64,000 nt of DNA from Rhynchopus sp. YZ270_cl-10 (taxonomy: Eukaryota), in assembly GCA_964035575.1 (NCBI GenBank), contig OZ037834.1:1674001-1738000 (forward strand), read 5' to 3'. Below, in pieces: positions 60,217 to 64,000 of the stretch; the first letter of the stretch is position 1; each line of letters opens with the position of its first letter. A program made the position numbers and the translations under genes. The notes under the pieces were generated by a model that saw only the letters and a list, made by a program, of their open reading frames with translations, searched no databases and had not been told where the DNA came from.

Positions 60217-60637
60217 AAGAAAACACTCGTGAAGGCAAACGACTTTTCTCTCGAGAAAAATTGCTTACTCACCAAGTGATCGAGAGGTGCTCTAGGTATG
60301 GGCCCTGTACAGCCGCACGCAGATCTTTCCTATAGAACCTCTTCATAACTTTTTTCCCTAGGTACTTTCTACATAACTTTTTTTTTTTTGGTTTTCAAAA
60401 AATCCGGCGGGCGGTAACGGTAACAGGCTGAAAAAGTTACACTACCCTAACATTAAAAATGCACATTTTTCTTCTTTTTTTTTTTTGATTCCTCCCCACC
60501 ACCCACCTACCCACCCACCCATCCACCCATCCATCCACCACCCCCACTTTCCCAGACATGCTTTTATAGATCCTCAACAACCCCAGCTGTGTGGGGGCAT
60601 TTAATAAGAACGATAAAAAAACACATTTTTTTCCAAA

Positions 60638-62908
60638 ATGGAGTCTTGGAAGGAGGACGTTGCTGGGCAACACCAGCATTACCACCGAATCACCACCACC
60701 ACCACCACCACCACTATTCTTATCACCTTCTTTGTTCTCCTCCAAAGCAGCCTGGTCAGCGCAGAATACGAAGTGAGCAGCTCCTTGACAGGGGGGTTGT
60801 CGGACATCAGAAAAGGGCGGTTTCGATGTCCGTCGTGTAATACTAGTAGGGATTGTGGGGTGCGTGCGTCGCAGTTGTTGCATCAGAAGGATACGGATTG
60901 GAGGATATGGCGTGCAGACAATGGGTATACATCTCCGACACCTTTTGCGGGGATGAAGCTGTGTATTCGGAAGTGGATGGTTGGGTGTAATGGACCGCAG
61001 GGGCCGAATCTCTGTAATAGTTATACAGAAGTGTGTATGCAGTCGAAGTCGCGACCAGAGAGTGGTAGGAATTTGCCGTATGAGGTCTGTTCGTCGCATT
61101 CGTTCATGTCTCCAGCCTCGTTCACGTTGGTGATAACGATACCCATTTTTCTTTGTATCGTGTCCGCGCTGTCGATCGTAGCAACGCTGCATCATTCCTT
61201 TGTAAACGGATACTGCCAATGCCCGCCTTCAATAGAAAAGATTCCTGTGATGCTGTGCAGTGCGGTGCTGATGGTGTTCAGCTTTTTGACCTTCTTTTCG
61301 CCGCATTTCACCTGTGGGGTGGTAGGGATGTTTATTGCGATTCTCGCAATCATATCGCAAACGGTCGCAGCAACCATGGTGGGTGGTGCAGGAGTCGGCG
61401 GCTTCGACGGCGACAAAGACATGACAGAGCGAGCGCAGAGGTGGCTCTTTGCGGCAGGGGGGTCGACGGTGCTTCTCGTGCACCTTGCCTGGGGTGGGGG
61501 GTACCCCGTGACCAGCACGCTTCAGGAGCTCGGCAAGGAGTGCAGTGAGTTTTACAACTTCTTTGTGATCGACCAGAGATTGGTGCCAGGAGGCGCAGAC
61601 CCGTACTGGGGGTACTGCGAGGTGTCGTATCTTGAGGACACCCTGTGGAATGTGACGGCCGTGCTCTGGATAGGGCTGGCCTTGGGTCTCCTCCACTTTC
61701 ACTCCCTGGGAACGCTCTTTGCGCATCGGTTCACACACCGTGAGACGGAAGACCCACCCTCCTTTGGTGCAAAAGGCCCAGGCGCGTTTCTCATGTCTAG
61801 CAAGTCAAAGGTGCACCTCGACTTCACCCATGTCACAGGACGGCACGCAAGGAGAGACCACTTTCACTCCGTAGAAAGGTATGGGGTTTTTTGTACCATT
61901 TTCTTTAGATCAATGTGAACAAACATAACCCTCAAAAAGTTGAGAGAGTTTTGTGTAAAAGGGGGGAATATGGGAGGTTTGTTTTGTGCAAATACATGCC
62001 GTCTCAAGGGGGGTTGGTGCTATAGGAAATGAGTCAACGACCTGTCAGCGACCTGTCAATATCGGGGGGGGGGAGGGTCATTTTTTGATAGTACTTTGCC
62101 ATTTTTTCAGGTACACAGGTACACAGGTACACAGGTACACAGGTACACAGGTACACAGGTACACAGGTACACAGGTACACAGGTACACAGGTACACAGGT
62201 ACACAGGTACACAGGTACACAGGTACACAGGTACACAGGTACACAGGTACACAGGTACACAGGTACACAGGTACACAGGTACACAGGTACACAGGTACAC
62301 AGGTACACAGGTACACAGGTACACAGGTACACAGGTACACAGGTACACAGGTACACAGGTACACAGGTACACATGTGCACAGGTACACAGGCCACCAAAA
62401 AATCGCGAAGGGCCGTTAAAAAATGACCCCCCCCTATGGCAACGACCTGTCAGCGACCTGTCAATATCGGCCCCCCCTGGAGCACCAGGGGTGTTTTTTT
62501 TTTGACAACAAACTTATGGAAATCCACGCAGCTGATGCTCCGATAACGAAAAAAAGGTGACTAAGCAATGAGAGGCTTAGGGTCATCTTATAAAATTTTT
62601 CTTCTTACTTTTTCTCTTATTTGATTGAAATCAAGGTGACCGTGGGAAGCTGAGGGTTTCTCGAGGGTTTTGCACTTTTTCGCAACTTCTCTTCTTTTCT
62701 GTACTCTCCACTTATTCATTAGGTGGCTAAGCACAGAGGCTTCAGGTTCATCTTAAACACTCAAACATTTTCTTCTACTTTCATCCAGATGGCTGGCACC
62801 GTACAGTGGGTCAGTCGGAGGTGCCTGCATTAATAACAACCACAATTTCCATACCATTTCCTTTACCACAGTTACAACGATGTTGGGGTTGATATGCTAA
62901 CAAAATGA
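60638..62908 (+). CDS. Multi-pass membrane protein with Cys-rich N-terminal ectodomain; exons 60638-61878 and probably 62872-62908
   Basis: Signal-like ILITFFVLLQSSLVSA, a Cys-rich segment (CPSCNTSRDC...CIRKWMVGC...C...C) and about five hydrophobic helices. AG|gtatgg ... accacag|T gives ...VES-YNDVGVDMLTK*; the last exon is less certain. Confidence 0.72.
62016..62486. mobile_element. Small TIR element with imperfect 9-bp target duplication carrying an 8-bp satellite
   Basis: Ends GGTGCTATAGG ... CCTGGAGCACC, flanks AGGGGGGTT / AGGGGTGTT. The direct repeat CAACGACCTGTCAGCGACCTGTCAATATCGG lies near both ends. Confidence 0.6.
62108..62390. repeat. (CAGGTACA)n octamer array, ~35 units
   Basis: Tandem repeat visible directly; it degenerates only in the last units. 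Confidence 0.97.
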
Positions 62909-63466
62909 GAGCACGAGACAGAAGAGACTTGCATTAGGGACGGGTTGGTCACGCCGGATATACGTAAGGAGGCTACGTCTGTGTGTGGAAGGGGGGGAAA
63001 GGGGAAGGGAGGGTGTGTGTGTGTTTGTTAAGAGCACGCTGTCTTTTAAAAGGTGTATGCACGCAAGGGATCCATCTTTTTCAACTTATCTTTTCTTTGC
63101 TGATTTTCTGCCACCCCCCGCGCTCTAACTGCCTCCGCACCACTAAGGTTATTTTTTTTTTTTTGCATAAATAGACAAAACTGCCCCCCTTTTAACCCCA
63201 GCGTCACTATCGATTTTTTTGCTGCCACTCCATTTTTCAGATTCTCATTATATATTTTTAAAAAAACTCCTTTCGATGCGTTCAATGTGAGCATCTCGCA
63301 AAAGAGAAAAAAAAAAACAAAAGCAGACACCGTATTGCACGCGTGAGCCTAAAAGCTATTTACTATTTTAATAGCCGTAAAATTATTTCCTCAAGCCAAA
63401 ATCCTTCTAGGAGCGGAGTTTTAAGAATGCCATAATTGACGTCTGGAAATAATTGCAGTGGAGGTA

Positions 63467-63561
63467 TTTTAGCCGGGTTTCCCACACAAAAAATAATTAC
63501 CGTGTAATTATAGGAAATAATTACACGGTAATTATTTTTTGTGTGGGAAACCCGGCTAAAA
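63467..63561. repeat. Perfect hairpin, 45-bp arms and 5-nt loop
   Basis: TTTTAGCCGGGTTTCCCACACAAAAAATAATTACCGTGTAATTAT-aggaa-ATAATTACACGGTAATTATTTTTTGTGTGGGAAACCCGGCTAAAA. Confidence 0.93.
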
Positions 63562-64000
63562 AAAAATCGCGATTTTTTTTCTTTTTTTCTTTTGCAGGGT
63601 TTTTTCTAGGATTTTTTTTTTCAGATCTGGGGGGGGACGCAAAAAAACCACCCAAAAAAATTTTTTTTTCGCAGGTGCAAGCAGGGTTTCCGCTTATCTT
63701 CATGGAAATTTTTTCCAAAACCGTGAAGATATGTCCAAAAAGGGGTCTATAGTTTTCGCGCTCCGCGCAAAAAAGCCCGTTCATTTCACGTAAATACGTG
63801 ATAACGTGGGATGGTAACGAACATCAAGAACCAAACCAACCCTTTTTCTCATGTTCCACATCCTACGGAGTCATGATATCAGAACTTTCTGGCGAAGCCA
63901 CGGTACGCAACATTTCAAAAAATTGTGACCTAAAATTGAACATTTGTACGGCCAAACTATGGTAGAGGGCTGTGGTATTCCGCTCATAAGTTTTGAGTTG

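Larger units (their letters stand above)
57807..60447. mobile_element. PIF/Harbinger-like non-autonomous element (TAA target duplication) carrying two 7-bp satellite arrays
   Basis: TAA-GGGTAGTGTAACTTTTTC ... GAAAAAGTTACACTACCC-TAA. AAAAATCCGGCGGGCGG is present near both ends. Confidence 0.87.

Noticed and set aside
57958..60335. Long ORFs made of (VLCTVYC)n or (HSTQYTV)n
   Set aside because: They are translations of the stop-free 7-bp satellite in several frames, not genes.
61986..62426. ORFs made of (YTGTQVHR)n or (CTCVPVYL)n
   Set aside because: They are translations of the 8-bp satellite.

Overview
Eukaryotic nuclear DNA, most likely from a euglenozoan protist (diplonemid-like; this is an inference). 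All 11 protein genes I can support lie on the + strand. Several ATGs are preceded by polypyrimidine-AG sites, and 15 GT-AG introns were reconstructed by hand, 13 of them with a GTATG donor. Genes: a 5'-partial CUB + Cys-rich + tyrosinase protein, V-ATPase subunit B, a mitochondrial carrier, a MAP2K-like kinase with a C-terminal membrane anchor, a secreted Cys-repeat protein, EBP2, several hypothetical or membrane proteins, and a ~3357-aa TmcB-like polytopic membrane protein. That last protein ends in 13 tandem FixL-type PAS domains, each keeping the heme-ligand His, and has no catalytic output domain; it is the most striking object in the window. Introns and intergenic DNA hold many non-autonomous inverted-repeat elements with readable target duplications (2, 3, 4, 5, 6, 8 and 9 bp), long foldback palindromes and 7/8-bp satellites carried inside transposons. 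There is also a decayed Crypton-like tyrosine recombinase, an R2-like zinc-finger fragment, and several families of short sense-oriented hairpin repeats. One hairpin family has been hit twice at the same nucleotide by the same 40-bp insert. No rRNA, tRNA or CRISPR array was recognised. All family assignments come from motif recognition by eye, not from database searches.
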